Shown here: positions 1 through 11,920 of the stretch, piece after piece
Layout: the number at the start of each line of letters is the position of its first letter
Position numbering within the stretch: position 1 is the stretch's first letter
Assembly: GCA_964016885.1 (NCBI GenBank)
Contig: OZ024741.1
Coordinates: 3,782,001 to 3,846,000 of the forward strand
Direction of reading: 5' to 3'
Length of the DNA: 64,000 bases
Origin: Eledone cirrhosa
Lineage: Eukaryota
Position numbers and translations under genes: made by a program
Notes under the pieces: model-generated
Databases searched by the model: none
What the model saw: the letters and a program-made list of their open reading frames with translations, nothing else
Told to the model about the DNA's origin: nothing

Positions 1-940
1 TGATAGGACGGCCTGTATATACCAAGAGCAGTATGTTTTCTCAACGATAGATACACAAACAGGTATGCACGCACGTGCGAACCGCCTTTTTCTCTTTGTG
101 TGTATCCGCTTTTTGTGAACAACAATAAATCCGACCGCCTCACTAAACGGACCTTTACAGAATTTGCCCACTTACTTATCGGTGAGTTAGTGCTTATTTA
201 TTTAGACTGCTTGCATGCCATTTCAGTTAAATTTAATTAATTTTTCGCCTTCCTTAAATTTAAAAATCCCCATTGGGACTAGGGGATTGTTGACATCTTA
301 GCGTTAAACTTTTCATATTCCCCCTTATTCAAGTGCAAATACAGTATTATCCCTATCTGAAAGGAAACCAAATTTAATGGTGTCTTCTGTGATGCCAAAA
401 GCTAAAAGCGGTGAGTAAATTTTTAAACAGTCTTAAATAATCATGCTTTTAGAAAAAAATTTACTAAATAATACTTTGACCAAGTTGTATAGGACACATA
501 CAAAGTTGTAAAAATGTTACGTCCGTACCAATTTTTTCCTTTTTTAAACAAAAGGTTCTAAAAAATTACTTAATTCATAACACTACTGTCACAGCCTTTT
601 GCACAGGAAGTGAGTAGTTTTCGGGGTTTTAAACGTAAGTTCACCAGGGTTTGTGTCTTTTCCATTATTAACCCACCTCTAATGGCATTTTTTGTTCTGT
701 TTACGACTAAATGTTATGAGCGTATTTGCAAATTGCTATTGTTCTTTAATGTTTTAATTAGTTGTCATAGACCATCTGCATGCAGTGCAATTGATTGCGC
801 ACACGTACACACCTGCATGCAGATAAACACTGACAGCTAATAAAAAATCGATAATTTGCTTAAGACATCGGTCAAAAAGAGAGGTTGAATGTACTTTAGA
901 AAATTTTTTGAATATATTGTTCTTTTTGGCATGATATGAA

Positions 941-1056
941 GACGTGTGGCTGAGTGGTTAGAGAATTGGATTCACAATCTTGAGGTTGTGAGTTCGATTC
1001 CTGGACCGGGCGATGCGTTATGTCCTTGAGCAAGACATTTTATTTCACGTTGCTCC
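941..1056 (+). mobile_element. tRNA-derived SINE (5' part)
   Basis: Pol III A-box-like TGGCTGAGTGG (947-957) and B-box GAGTTCGATTCC (990-1001), followed by a CORE-like TGTCCTTGAGCAAGACA block. The 3' end is uncertain. Confidence 0.75.
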
Positions 1057-1338
1057 TTCTACCTGGAGTTGCGACCGATAGATAGTATTAGCAACTGGAA
1101 AGACCAACGAAAACATTGTTTCCTCGGTCCGATTTGACGAAAGTCGATCGACAAAAAAATGTCAGAAATATAGCTACTATTCACTTTGCTTATTTTTTGT
1201 AACTAAGAAACGGTTCCTTTTTGGGTGGATACTTAACGAGAAAGATCCCAGGGTTTTGGACAAGTTTGTTTCAGGCACTGTATAGACGCCAATTTTGTCA
1301 CACCTTGGTCATGAATTCGTATTCTTTTCCAATAGATA

Positions 1339-1594
1339 CCTTATTTTCCGCTCTATAAGGCTCACCGGGGTATCAGGCGTATCATTTAAAATCAGGTCCG
1401 CGCAACGGCGTGTAAGGCCAACCAGGAAAATGCTATCTTCTTTACTTTTAGTCTAGATCTATTACTTCTGTTAGAGCCGTGATTGATTACCATTGTTTTA
1501 TTTATACATAAGGCTCACCGGAGTATAAAGCGCAGAGCTGTTTTTTGATGAAATTTAGGTATTTTAAGTGCAATTTATAGGCCGGAAAATTCGG
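1339..1594. mobile_element. pogo/Tc1-mariner-type MITE, 256 bp
   Basis: Imperfect TIRs: CCTTATTTTCCGCTCTATAA on the left and CCGAATTTTCCGGCCTATAA as reverse complement of the right end (16/20 match). TA flanks both ends (1337-1338, 1595-1596). Internal repeated motif ATAAGGCTCACCGG at ~1355 and ~1508. Confidence 0.65.
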
Positions 1595-1717
1595 TAAGTT
1601 ATTATAATTATATTTCCAAACCTCCCCATTCACCAGTAACCATGCTAGCGAATTTGGTGTCACCTCTCTCTGTACTTAATCACCCCTCTCTAATCTAACA
1701 GCTTCGTTACACGTCGT

Positions 1718-2639
1718 ATGCCCACACGGAAACGTTCAAGACTCATCTCTAAAAAAGATACAGCTACTGCTTTGAGACGACGAATTAGGCGTTCTCAGGT
1801 ATGCGTTCATTCACAATTGGTTAATCCTTTATGCAATATTCTCCCTTAATGTTAGCAAGCACTGCGTTTATCCTAACTGTCACCACTTCTAAGCAACTAC
1901 AACATTCTAATCGTAGTTATATTAAATTTATTGTCTTACCTTGATTCCCTTTTGTTCATATTACACTTTTCTCATTTACTATTGGCACAGTGCCTTTGGC
2001 TTAGCTAACCAGTAGCACCTTCTGAGCGCGAATCTCGACTCGCTGATATACGTCTTTCCCGGCTGGTTGAGTCACCAGCATCCCGTACGACAAGGCTTGC
2101 TGGGGTTCGCCTTCGTCGTCAACAAGCGCTTGCAGAGGAGTCTAGGGCAGACAGAGACAACAGGCTTGCTGCTAAGCGTTCCCGGCATACATTAGCTATT
2201 GCTGCCAAGAGCTCAGGCTGGGTAAAAGCAGCCTTCAGATATAACCCCTCTGAGGATTACGGACTTCTGCCTACAGTTTCCATTGGCAAAATGGATAATG
2301 TCTGTACATCCTGCAAGGCAATGAAGTGGCCAGGCGAGGCACCTTCTATGTGCTGTGCAGGAGGTAAGGTGCAACTAGAGGCATTGGCTGACCCGCCAGA
2401 CGTTCTTCTGAATCTACTTACAGGTGACGACACTACGGCTACAACGTTCCACCGTAACATATGGAAATACAACTCCTGTTTCATGACGACCTCCTTTGGT
2501 GTAGACAATAACAATACCAACAACAGCGTGAACCCCAACAACAACGTTGCACCTGTGATGCGCGGGAAGTAACTTTCACACATTTTAACAACAGAGCAAA
2601 GGTCGACTTACACCCGGGCAACACCGAGTACTTCTGCTA

Positions 2640-2640
<1 letters not shown>
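1718..2640 (+). mobile_element. Internally deleted Helitron (5' boundary not determined)
   Basis: RepHel N-terminal coding remnant, a subterminal imperfect GC hairpin (ACCCGGGCAACACCGAGT), and a CTAG terminus at 2637-2640 followed by T. Confidence 0.8.
2009..2572 (+). pseudogene. Helitron RepHel N-terminal fragment (Zn-finger region)
   Basis: The frame is open from 2009. It reads RESRLA/RTTRLA/RDNRLA repeats, then AFRYNPSEDY..VSIGKMDNVCTSCKAMKWPGE..CCAGGKVQL..PP..F..NI.KYNSCFMTTSFG, the typical animal Helitron N-terminus. Homology stops abruptly after TSFG. Confidence 0.8.
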
Positions 2641-2720
<80 letters not shown>

Positions 2721-2738
2721 TACTTATATATATATATA
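2641..2738. repeat. (TA)n microsatellite
   Basis: Near-perfect TA run between the Helitron CTAG end and the PLE start. Confidence 0.97.
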
Positions 2739-2997
2739 TCTTGACTCTGTTTTCCTGTGATTTTCATGGAAAAGTTTTGAATGCATCTTCTCTTCTCATG
2801 ATATTTGGATTACATTGAGTTCTTCATACGGATTGGACACTACCGTATATTTTGGTAGATTTATCTACATACTTTGCTCCTAATTTTATACAGGTATTCA
2901 TATTTTAATATATATTTTATATATATATATATATATAATTTTATAACTCCCTATATATATAGTTGAGCTCTCTTTCTTGTCCATTATCCATATTACA

Positions 2998-5508
2998 ATG
3001 GGAAAACAATAGTTGGGAACTTCTTTAAAGAATATACCGATACCTTCTAAGGATGAATTCTTGCTTCTTATGATACAAAAAAACCAACCAATTCATCAAA
3101 AGGGTCAGATGGAGGGCCTACCACTTTGATAAAAAAACAAAATTTACGGATAAGAAATATTTATATGATTTCACTACATATAAGAACCCACCACACAACT
3201 CCTTGCTTGAAAACTTCGAGAAAGACCTATTTAACTTAATCAAACACCTCAAATTTAAGAAATATAAATCTAATTTTCAAAAGGATCTTGACTCTACTCT
3301 ATTGGATCTAAAAAAATCTAAGAAAGTCCACGTCCACTCTGACAAAACTGGAAATCTATACCACATGGATATTGATAATTACAATGAGTTCATTTATAAG
3401 GAACTCAGGAAAAATTATAAAAAAAAAAAATAATGCGGCCCTTACCAATATCAACAACAAAACACACAACATAGTAAATAGACTTAATATTGAAGATAGA
3501 ACTGAACCTTTGGCACTGAAAAAAACCACACTTTAACCTGAAAGATCACAAATCTAATTTTAACTCTAATCCTTCTATAAGACTTATATGCCCTTCCAAA
3601 TCTGACATTTGCATCATTAGTAAAAATATTTTTAGACAGAATCATCCCACAATTAAGAAAACATGTTAATTTACCACTCTGGGAAAACACATCCCAGGTA
3701 ATTAACTGGTTTACTAATATTAGAAATAAATCATCTGCTTCATTTCTACAATTTGATATAGATACTTATTATCCCTCTATACCACTCATACTCCCGAACA
3801 AAGCCTTGATATTTGCCAAAAATAGATCAAACTTAACTACGGATGACATTAATATTATCACGCACGCTAGACAAACACTACTGGAATTTCAGAAGGAATA
3901 CTGGACCAGAAATACATATAGTAATCAATTCCACATTACTATGGCCTCTAGTGATTCTGCCCAAATTACCGATCTTGTGGGCCTCTTTTTTCTATTTAAC
4001 ATACATTCCTCTTTTCCCCACCTTAAAAGTGGTTATATCGTGATGACTGTCTTCTTCTTTCCACTAACCTTAGCCTATCAGAAATTGAAAAAAATAAAAA
4101 ACTTATTAGAACTTTCCTCAAAGACTATTATAGTCTGACTATTACATTTGAAAACACCAGTAAAATAGTTAATTTCCTAGATATACTTTAGACTTATCTA
4201 CGGGTATCTACCAACCTTACCATAAACCTAACCAAAACTTACATTACATACACTCACAATCCAATCACCCTAGATCTATCCTTAAAAACCTAGCATATAA
4301 TATCTCACCCAGAATCCCTAACCTTTCATCTAACCAGGATGTATTCGATAAAAACGCGCCCTTTTATAACGAAGCTTTAGCTAGAAGCGGCCACAAAAAC
4401 AAATTAGTCTCTATACCTTGCACCAATAATACTTCAAACATACAACCCAACATTACCAATAAACACCAAATGAAAAACCCACACCTAAATGCCACTCACA
4501 CTACACCCAAAAATACCAACCTAAAACTTAATTTCTCTACCTCTTCTCACGTACAATATAATAACTTTCAAAAAAAACCATTCATCCTAATACTCCAATA
4601 TACGTTAATAACATTACTAACAAAATTCCTAATAATCAGACTAAAACACCTAAATCAGTTAATCTAACTAAACCTATATATAATAAATTCACTAATACTA
4701 ACTCTCTTAGCAAACATCCTGATACATCGTATAAATATAAAAAACATCGAAACCGTAAGAGACGAGTTACTTGGTATAATGCTCCATTTAATCTACAAAT
4801 TAAAGATAATATCCCTAAAAATTTGTTTACTATCCTAGAAAAAAACTTCCCGCCAAACCATAAATACCATCAAATTTTAAATAGATCAACTGTCAAATTT
4901 TCCTACTCCACTACCAAAAATATACAACAAAATATAAGTGCGTACAATGTGTATAAATGTAAAAAAGAAAAACACGAATATCACCAACACATCAAACCAA
5001 CCATAATACTAAAATAAACCGCAACAAACCACCATCTCCTTCACATATAACAAGTCGAGTAAATTCCACACCAAATTTGACTAACTCCCCTGATATAATA
5101 TTCACGAATGGTTGTAACTGTAGAAACAAAAGAAATTGCCCATTAAAGGGAAATTGTCTTATTAATAACATTGTATATAAATGTAAAATTAGCACTAAGG
5201 ACTCAACTTATTCATATATAGGAGCTACGTCTAACCAATTTAAAGTAAGATTTAATACCCACAAACATAGTTTTTAAAATGCCGCATTAGCTAATACAAC
5301 ATCCTTGGCTGAAACAATTAATAATTATAGAAAAAAGAATATCGATTACAACCTGACCTGGAGTGTGCTCAAAAGAGCCACCCCTTATCAAAATAACAGA
5401 TATGAGTGTAGATTATGTTCCCAGGAACCTTTTGAAATAATGAAATCTAAGGATATCCTATTAAATAAGCGACAAGAATTAATTATACCTTGCAATCATA
5501 GAATTTGA
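2998..5508 (+). pseudogene. PLE reverse transcriptase + GIY-YIG endonuclease, frameshifted
   Basis: Motifs across frames: SLKNIPIPSK, SDKTGNLY, FLQFDIDTYYPSI, ITMASSDSAQITDLVGLF, YRDD (4036-4047, out of frame with the track ORF), YIHSQSNHP, RKRRVTWYNAPF, CNCRNKRNCPLKGNC, IVYKC..YIGAT..FKVRFNTH, CRLC, LLNKRQE..C.H. Multiple stops and frameshifts. Confidence 0.88.
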
Positions 5509-6224
5509 AAAACTATTATAAACCTAATATTTTACATATTATTATAATTAGTTTTTTTAATTTAGTTAACCTATAATTAGTACTTTACTACAGAGAACTT
5601 CATAATTTTATTTCCCTCTTACAGCTATCTTTTCCTAAAATTTATACGTAAAAGTATACATATAAACTATTTTAATTTCCTGTTATGAATCTAGATTCCT
5701 TGTAGTCTATATAAGATTGGTATTTCTCACTAATACATTTATCCCAAAATCTTTTTTCCTTCGTTTTTAACAACATTCTTTAATAACATCTAACTCTTAT
5801 TTATCACATCCATATGAATTAATATAAATTTATCCCTATAAGTATACCTATCAATTAATTTAATTTAATTTCTTGTTATAGATCTAAATTCCTCGTGTTT
5901 TAAATAAGATTGGTGTTTCTCACTAACACCTTTACCCTAACATTTTATTCTCCTTCGGTTTTAACATTAGCATTATTCTTTAATAACATCAAATTTTCGT
6001 GAACCTTTCACCGGCTTGACCTCTTTTCATCCCCAAAGTAATCTTTTCATTCAAAGTATTCTTTCCATTCAAAACATTCCTCTACCCCTAAATTAAATTT
6101 CTACTACTACTATTCTATCAACTTGACCACTTACTACTTTTCTATTGGTCAATTCAAAACCTGTTCCCAAACAGACCTATTATATTAAATCTTGGTTGGT
6201 TTTTTTCAGTAAACAAATATCATT

Positions 6225-6357
6225 GTCCCTTTATGGTCTGAGTTCAAATCCCGTCGAGGTTAACTTTGCCTTTCATCCTTACGGGGTCGATAAAATAAGG
6301 TACCAGTAATGTACTGGGTATTTGCTGGCCTTGTGCCAAAAGTAGAAACAATTATTT
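6225..6357 (+). mobile_element. 5'-truncated tRNA-derived SINE inserted in the PLE 3' end
   Basis: B-box GAGTTCAAATCC, body AACTTTGCCTTTCATCC..GGGGTCGATAAAATAAGGTACCAGT and an ATT tail. It is absent from the paralogous empty site ATCATTATTTCTGAAGA at 15961-15977. Confidence 0.8.
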
Positions 6358-6484
6358 CTGAAGACAGCATATATATGTGTAGGTATGTATATTTCCTCTG
6401 ATAGTTTGTAAAATTTTTACATAGATCTATATGATATACATACCAACACACACATATATATCCTAGAAACGATCGTAAAATGAT
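6351..6484 (+). ncRNA. Type I hammerhead ribozyme, family A (long stem II, palindromic stem III)
   Basis: Stem I ATTATTT/AAATGAT. Core CTGAAGA at 6358-6364. Stem II region ~100 nt (TATATATGTGT/ACACATATATA and GGTATGTATAT/ATATACATACC) with a C-A mismatch at its base. GAAA-CGATCG-TA at 6466-6477, with predicted cleavage after 6477. Confidence 0.7.
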
Positions 6485-6551
6485 GAATTTTTTAATATAA
6501 GGAACTTGTTCTTTGTTTTTATTCATTGTTTTTATTCATTGTTTTTTATTA

Positions 6552-6593
<42 letters not shown>

Positions 6594-6596
<3 letters not shown>

Positions 6597-7560
6597 TAAA
6601 TCAACCAAAAGTTTACGGTAGTGTCCAATCCGTATGAAGAACTCAATGTAATCCGGATATATCATGAAAAGAGAAGATGTTTACAAAAACTACTTTCGGT
6701 GAAAAATAAACGGAAAACAGAGTCAAGATAAATTAATAAAATAATGAATAAACAAAGAAACAGTTCCTTATATTAAAAAAATTCATCATTTTACGATCCT
6801 TTCTAGGATATATATGTGTTAGAGTTGGTATGCATATTCTATAGATCCATGTACAATATTTATACAAACTATCAGAGGGAATATACATACCTACACATAT
6901 ATATGCTGTCTTCAGAAATAATGATATTTGTTTATTGAAAAAAACAAAGATTCAATACAATAGGTCTGTTTGGGAACAGGTTTTGAATTGACCAATAGAG
7001 AGATAGTGAGGGTCAAGATAGTAATATAGTAGTAGAAGAACCTTAAATTATGGGTAGAGGAAGGTAGATTTCAGTTTTGGATGGAAAAGAATATTATGAA
7101 TGAAGGATTATTTTAGGGAAGAACTAGGTCTTATGCTGACCTCAGAAATAATTTTATTTGTTCATTGAATAAAACCAACAAAGATCTAATATATTCTGTC
7201 TGTTTGGTAAGAGGTTTAGAATTAACCAATAGAAAGTTAATAATTGGCCAAATGGTAAAATAGTAGTAATTGAAGCTTATTTTAGGGGTGAAAATAGGTC
7301 AGGTGGTCAGTAAAAGGTATACAAGCAGTTGCTGTTATAAAATAGTAATGCCAATACAAATATCTAAGGTGACTAAAGTTTTACGATAAGAATGTTAGTG
7401 AAAAAAAATACATCTATGAAAAGAATATAAATTAATTTAATTGATGGGTATATTTATATTGATAAAATTATACTAATACATATAGGTATGATAAATAAGA
7501 GTAAGATGCAGTTGAAAAGTGCTGTTAAAGATGAGGGGAAATTAAAAGAATATAAAAATA
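6594..7560 (-). mobile_element. PLE family A 3' UTR/pLTR fragment (diverged subfamily)
   Basis: Reverse-complement homology to ~5750-6550 and to 2739-2870. Near-identical to the reverse complement of 15325-16158. Confidence 0.85.
6783..6924 (-). ncRNA. Hammerhead ribozyme family A, stem III mismatch
   Basis: Minus strand reads TCATTATTT-CTGAAGA...GAAA-GGATCG-TA-AAATGATGA. A C>G change removes the 15.2-16.2 pair. Confidence 0.55.
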
Positions 7561-7628
7561 ATATATATATATATACTTATATATATATATATATATACAT
7601 ATATATACACATACACACACACACATAT

Positions 7629-7686
<58 letters not shown>

Positions 7687-7687
7687 T

Positions 7688-7739
<52 letters not shown>

Positions 7740-8027
7740 CAAATAACGAAACAAAATTAAATTTTGTTTCGTTTGTAACTCACTTTTGTATGACTGACGC
7801 TTAAACAATTAAGTTAAAAATGTACATCCACATATGTATACTGAAATACTAGTATGCATATGAATACACACACGTGTACATATGTAGATGTACCGAGTTT
7901 TTCACTGGACACTTTACTGTGAGTGTCCAGCTATTCTGTATGTAAACACACAGACAAACCGGTTTTTAGAGTCATACTGGTTTTCGAGGAAACACCTTTC
8001 CTCTATTCTCCAGAAAGCCAGACAAGG

Positions 8028-8072
8028 AATATTGGACTAGTTTCGATGTTGTTACATCTCATCAGCAATATT
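8028..8072 (-). ncRNA. Minimal type I hammerhead ribozyme, family B
   Basis: Reverse complement is AATATTG-CTGATGA-GATGT-AACA-ACATC-GAAA-CTAG-TC-CAATATT. All core nucleotides and stems I and II are perfect. Confidence 0.9.
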
Positions 8073-8561
8073 TACCTATCTTCCGGCCTTTCTAGAGAAT
8101 CGTAAAAGCACATATCGTTATATGCTTTTTCTATGAAAATTAGTAGTGGGCAGACTAATTTGCATAGAGCGTGAGTACGTACCGGTTCAGCGGAGACGAT
8201 AAAAACAAATAACGAAACAAAATTAAATTTTGTTTCGTTTGTAACTCACTTTTGTATGACTGACGCTTAAACAATTAAGTTAAAAATGTACATCCACATA
8301 TGTATACTGAAATACTAGTATGCATATGAATACACACACGTGTACATATGTAGATGTACCGAGTTTTTCACTGGACACTTTACTGTGAGTGTCCAGCTAT
8401 TCTTAATTTAATTTTGTTTCGTTATTTGTTTTTATCGTCTCCGCTGAACCGGTACGTACTCACGCTCTATGCAAATTAGTCTGCCCACTACTAATTTTCA
8501 TAGAAAAAGCATATAACGATATGTGCTTTTACGATTCTCTAGAAAGGCCGGAAGATAGGTA

Positions 8562-8606
8562 AATATTGCTGATGAGATGTAACAACATCGAAACTAGTCC
8601 AATATT
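8562..8606 (+). ncRNA. Minimal type I hammerhead ribozyme, family B
   Basis: Stem I 8562-8568/8600-8606, CTGATGA 8569-8575, stem II 8576-8580/8585-8589, GAAAC-TA-GTC 8590-8599. Predicted cleavage after 8599. Confidence 0.9.
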
Positions 8607-8771
8607 CCTTGTCTGGCTTTCTGGAGAATAGAGGAAAGGTGTTTCCTCGAGAACCAGTATGACTCTAAAAACCGGTTTGTCTGTGTGTTTACATACAGAA
8701 TAGCTGGACACTCACAGTAAAGTGTCCAGTGAAAAACTCGGTACATCTACATATGTACACGTGTGTTTAAC

Positions 8772-8829
<58 letters not shown>

Positions 8830-8854
<25 letters not shown>

Positions 8855-9438
8855 CATGCATATATACATACATGCATATATATATATATATATATACATA
8901 CATACACACTTACATATACATATAATTATTGGGGGGGGGGGGGGGGAATTAATTTTATTAGTGAGAAATAATAAATATATATAGTTTTCAAGGAACATAC
9001 ATTTTAGAAATTAATATATAAACTATTTTTAATTTAGTTAACCTATAATTAATATTCTACTACTGATGAACTACATAATTCTACTTTAAATATTATAAAC
9101 CTAATTAATATACACTTTAGAAATTAATATATAAACTATTTTTAATTTAGTTAACCTATAGTTAATATTCTACTACTGATGAACTACATAATTTTGCTTT
9201 CCTTCTTACAACTATCATTTCCTAAAACTGATACCATTAAGTAAACATGTATAATGCTTTAACTTCAGGTTATGACTCTATGTTCCTTGAAAACTATATA
9301 TATTTATTTATTATTTCTCACTAATAAATTTAATCCCCCCACCCCAATAATTATATGTATATGTAAGTGTGTATGTGTGGATATATATATATATGCATGT
9401 ATGTATATATGCATGTATGTGTATATATATATATATAT
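8830..9438. mobile_element. PLE family A 3' UTR fragment with 5' inversion
   Basis: ~9090-9330 is homologous to 5510-5740, with a 113-bp internal tandem duplication (9003/9116). ~8830-8999 is the reverse complement of ~9280-9438. Confidence 0.65.
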
Positions 9439-9594
9439 TGGAAAATGTGTGTAATCCTTGGTACAGTTAGGTATATTAAGACAGGGGGGAAGAAAAAATG
9501 GCTTCACTTGTGCTTTCAACAAATTTATTTTCTTCACAAAATCCAAAAAGAATTTTTCTTAAAAAAATTATTTTATAAATTAAATTGTTGGTTG

Positions 9595-9686
9595 TTGGTT
9601 AGGTCTTAGGAGTTCTTGGTTAACGTAGGAGGTATTGTTTCGTTTTTAGAAAGACCTTTCACGCTGAGGTGCGCTTGTCAAACTGA
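9595..9686 (-). ncRNA. Hammerhead-like motif, family C (U3-A8 core), inverted copy
   Basis: Mirror of 14986-15077. Confidence 0.5.
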
Positions 9687-10039
9687 TGTGTATGTGGTGT
9701 GTTGTTCTATATATAGGGATTTAACATGTCTGTGGTGTGGTGGGGGTTTCTTTTCTCCCCCTTTAATAAGTGCATGGGTGTAGGTGTGTTGAAAAAGTGT
9801 TCATAACAGTAATGAGTTGAGACGGTGAGTAGGGTTGGGTGGGGAGAAATGTAGCAAGTGCGGCCTGCCCCGGTCATTCTCGAAAAATTCCTTTATTCAG
9901 GGGAAAAAGCTTTTAGCATTGCTTTTGTGCTGAGAATGGTCACAGGCAAATCGCACCTGTCAAGTTTGTGAATAATTATTTTTTTCTTCTTTTTTTCCTG
10001 AAGAATTTTTCTACGTCCATCCCAAAATTAGTCCTTTGT

Positions 10040-10644
10040 TCAACACACACATATGTGCGCATATACGTACATACACACACGGGCATATGTAGGAATATAT
10101 AGGCACACACCATCAATCACACACCCATGCACAAATACATCCACATACATACACAAAAACATATAGACACATATAAAAACACACATATACATACGTACAC
10201 ACACGAATATGTACTCATACCTCCACATGGGTATATATATATATATATACATACACATACACATACACATACATACATATATATATATATATATACATAC
10301 ATATACACACACACACACATATACACACACACATATATATATATATATACACACACACACATATATATATATATATACATATATACATACATATACATAC
10401 ATACACATACATACATATACACCCATAAAGATACATAACTAAATATACATATATACACACATACACGCACACATACACACACACACGTACGTGTATACAC
10501 ACACACACACGCACACACATATACATATGTCCGTATATATACCCCTCCGTTCACACATACATGCATACACACACATACACACATACATCTATATATATAT
10601 ACACATATAAAGAGAGAGGCATACACACACACACATACATATAT

Positions 10645-10711
<67 letters not shown>

Positions 10712-10828
10712 CATACATACATACACATACACATACACATATGTACACATAAACACATACAAACACATACACACATATACACATACACATACATATATAT
10801 CCATATATATATATATACACATACATAT

Positions 10829-10877
<49 letters not shown>

Positions 10878-10940
10878 CACATACACATACAAGTACATAC
10901 ATACACACATACATACATACACATACATGTACATACATAC

Positions 10941-10971
<31 letters not shown>

Positions 10972-11282
10972 CATATATACATACATGTATATATACATAT
11001 ATATACACACATACACACACATACATACACACATACATATATACATATATATATATGTGCGTACACACGAGCACATAAAGACACATATACACATACACAT
11101 ATATATACATATATATACATATATATACACATACATCTACATACATACATACATATACACAAACAGAAACATACACATATGTACACACATATATACATAT
11201 ATGCACATACATACACACACACACACATATATATAGGTACATACACATACATACACACACACATAAACATACATATCTATCC

Positions 11283-11315
<33 letters not shown>

Positions 11316-11362
11316 TATATACAAACATACACACATGTACATATACACATATATACACACAT

Positions 11363-11411
<49 letters not shown>

Positions 11412-11439
11412 CACACACACACATACAAACATACACACA

Positions 11440-11498
<59 letters not shown>

Positions 11499-11555
11499 CC
11501 ACATACATATATACCCACACGTACATACATCCCTACACACACATATGTGTGTGTT
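10040..11555. repeat. Compound (CA)/(TA)/(CATA)/(CACATA) microsatellite
   Basis: Purine-pyrimidine alternating low complexity. Mirror of 13500-14630 with an extra ~0.4 kb. Confidence 0.95.
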
Positions 11556-11920
11556 TCACCGTTCACTCAGATATTCATGTGTACACATAAGAAGAGGGGG
11601 GGGGAGTAGTGAAATAGAATTTTACCTCCGAGTGTTAATTCATTTTTTCGTGTTCAGTAGTGGTTTAAATTTTTCAATGAAGAATTCTTCTTTATATCTG
11701 CGGAAATGTTCGTTATCCGACCATATCTTGAAGAAAGGGAAGATTGTGAATTTTCCCTTCCCGCATGATGCAAAGTGTGCGTTACATGTGGTATTTCTGA
11801 CTGTGGGGTCTTTAATCTGTTGTTTATGTACCCGGACTCTATCATGTAATCCCGTTCCGGTTTCCCCAATGTAATACTCTTTACACTGTGGACATGTTGC
11901 GCAATATATTAGGTTTTTCG

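Larger units (their letters stand above)
2739..6550 (+). mobile_element. Decayed near-full-length Penelope-like retroelement, family A (possibly Nematis-like)
   Basis: 5' UTR 2739-2870 matches the sequence that follows the HHR in the minus-strand copy (6594-6730). It carries a fragmented RT and C-terminal GIY-YIG, an AT-rich 3' UTR ending in an HHR, and (TA)n on both sides. The clade assignment is tentative. Confidence 0.85.
7735..8766. mobile_element. Non-coding retrozyme-like element: 466-bp unit in partial tandem plus an inverted copy
   Basis: 7735-7937 recurs at 8201-8403 (period 466). 8405-8766 is the reverse complement of ~7868-8229. Each complete orientation has one minimal HHR. Flanked by (TA)n, with no credible ORF. 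Confidence 0.8.
9473..11920 (-). mobile_element. Inverted 3' portion of the Neptune-type PLE (GIY-YIG end + 3' UTR)
   Basis: Reverse complement of 13125-15200, including the complex microsatellite, with few substitutions. Confidence 0.92.

Noticed and set aside
1-930. ORF 610-840 and the surrounding sequence
   Set aside because: No recognisable protein motif or element termini; left unannotated.
941-1010. tRNA gene
   Set aside because: A and B boxes are present, but there is no convincing acceptor stem and a SINE body follows.
7923-8711. Twin 60-aa ORFs (7923-8105 + and 8529-8711 -)
   Set aside because: They are mirror copies from the inversion, start at GTG, lie antisense to the HHR, and have no recognisable motif.
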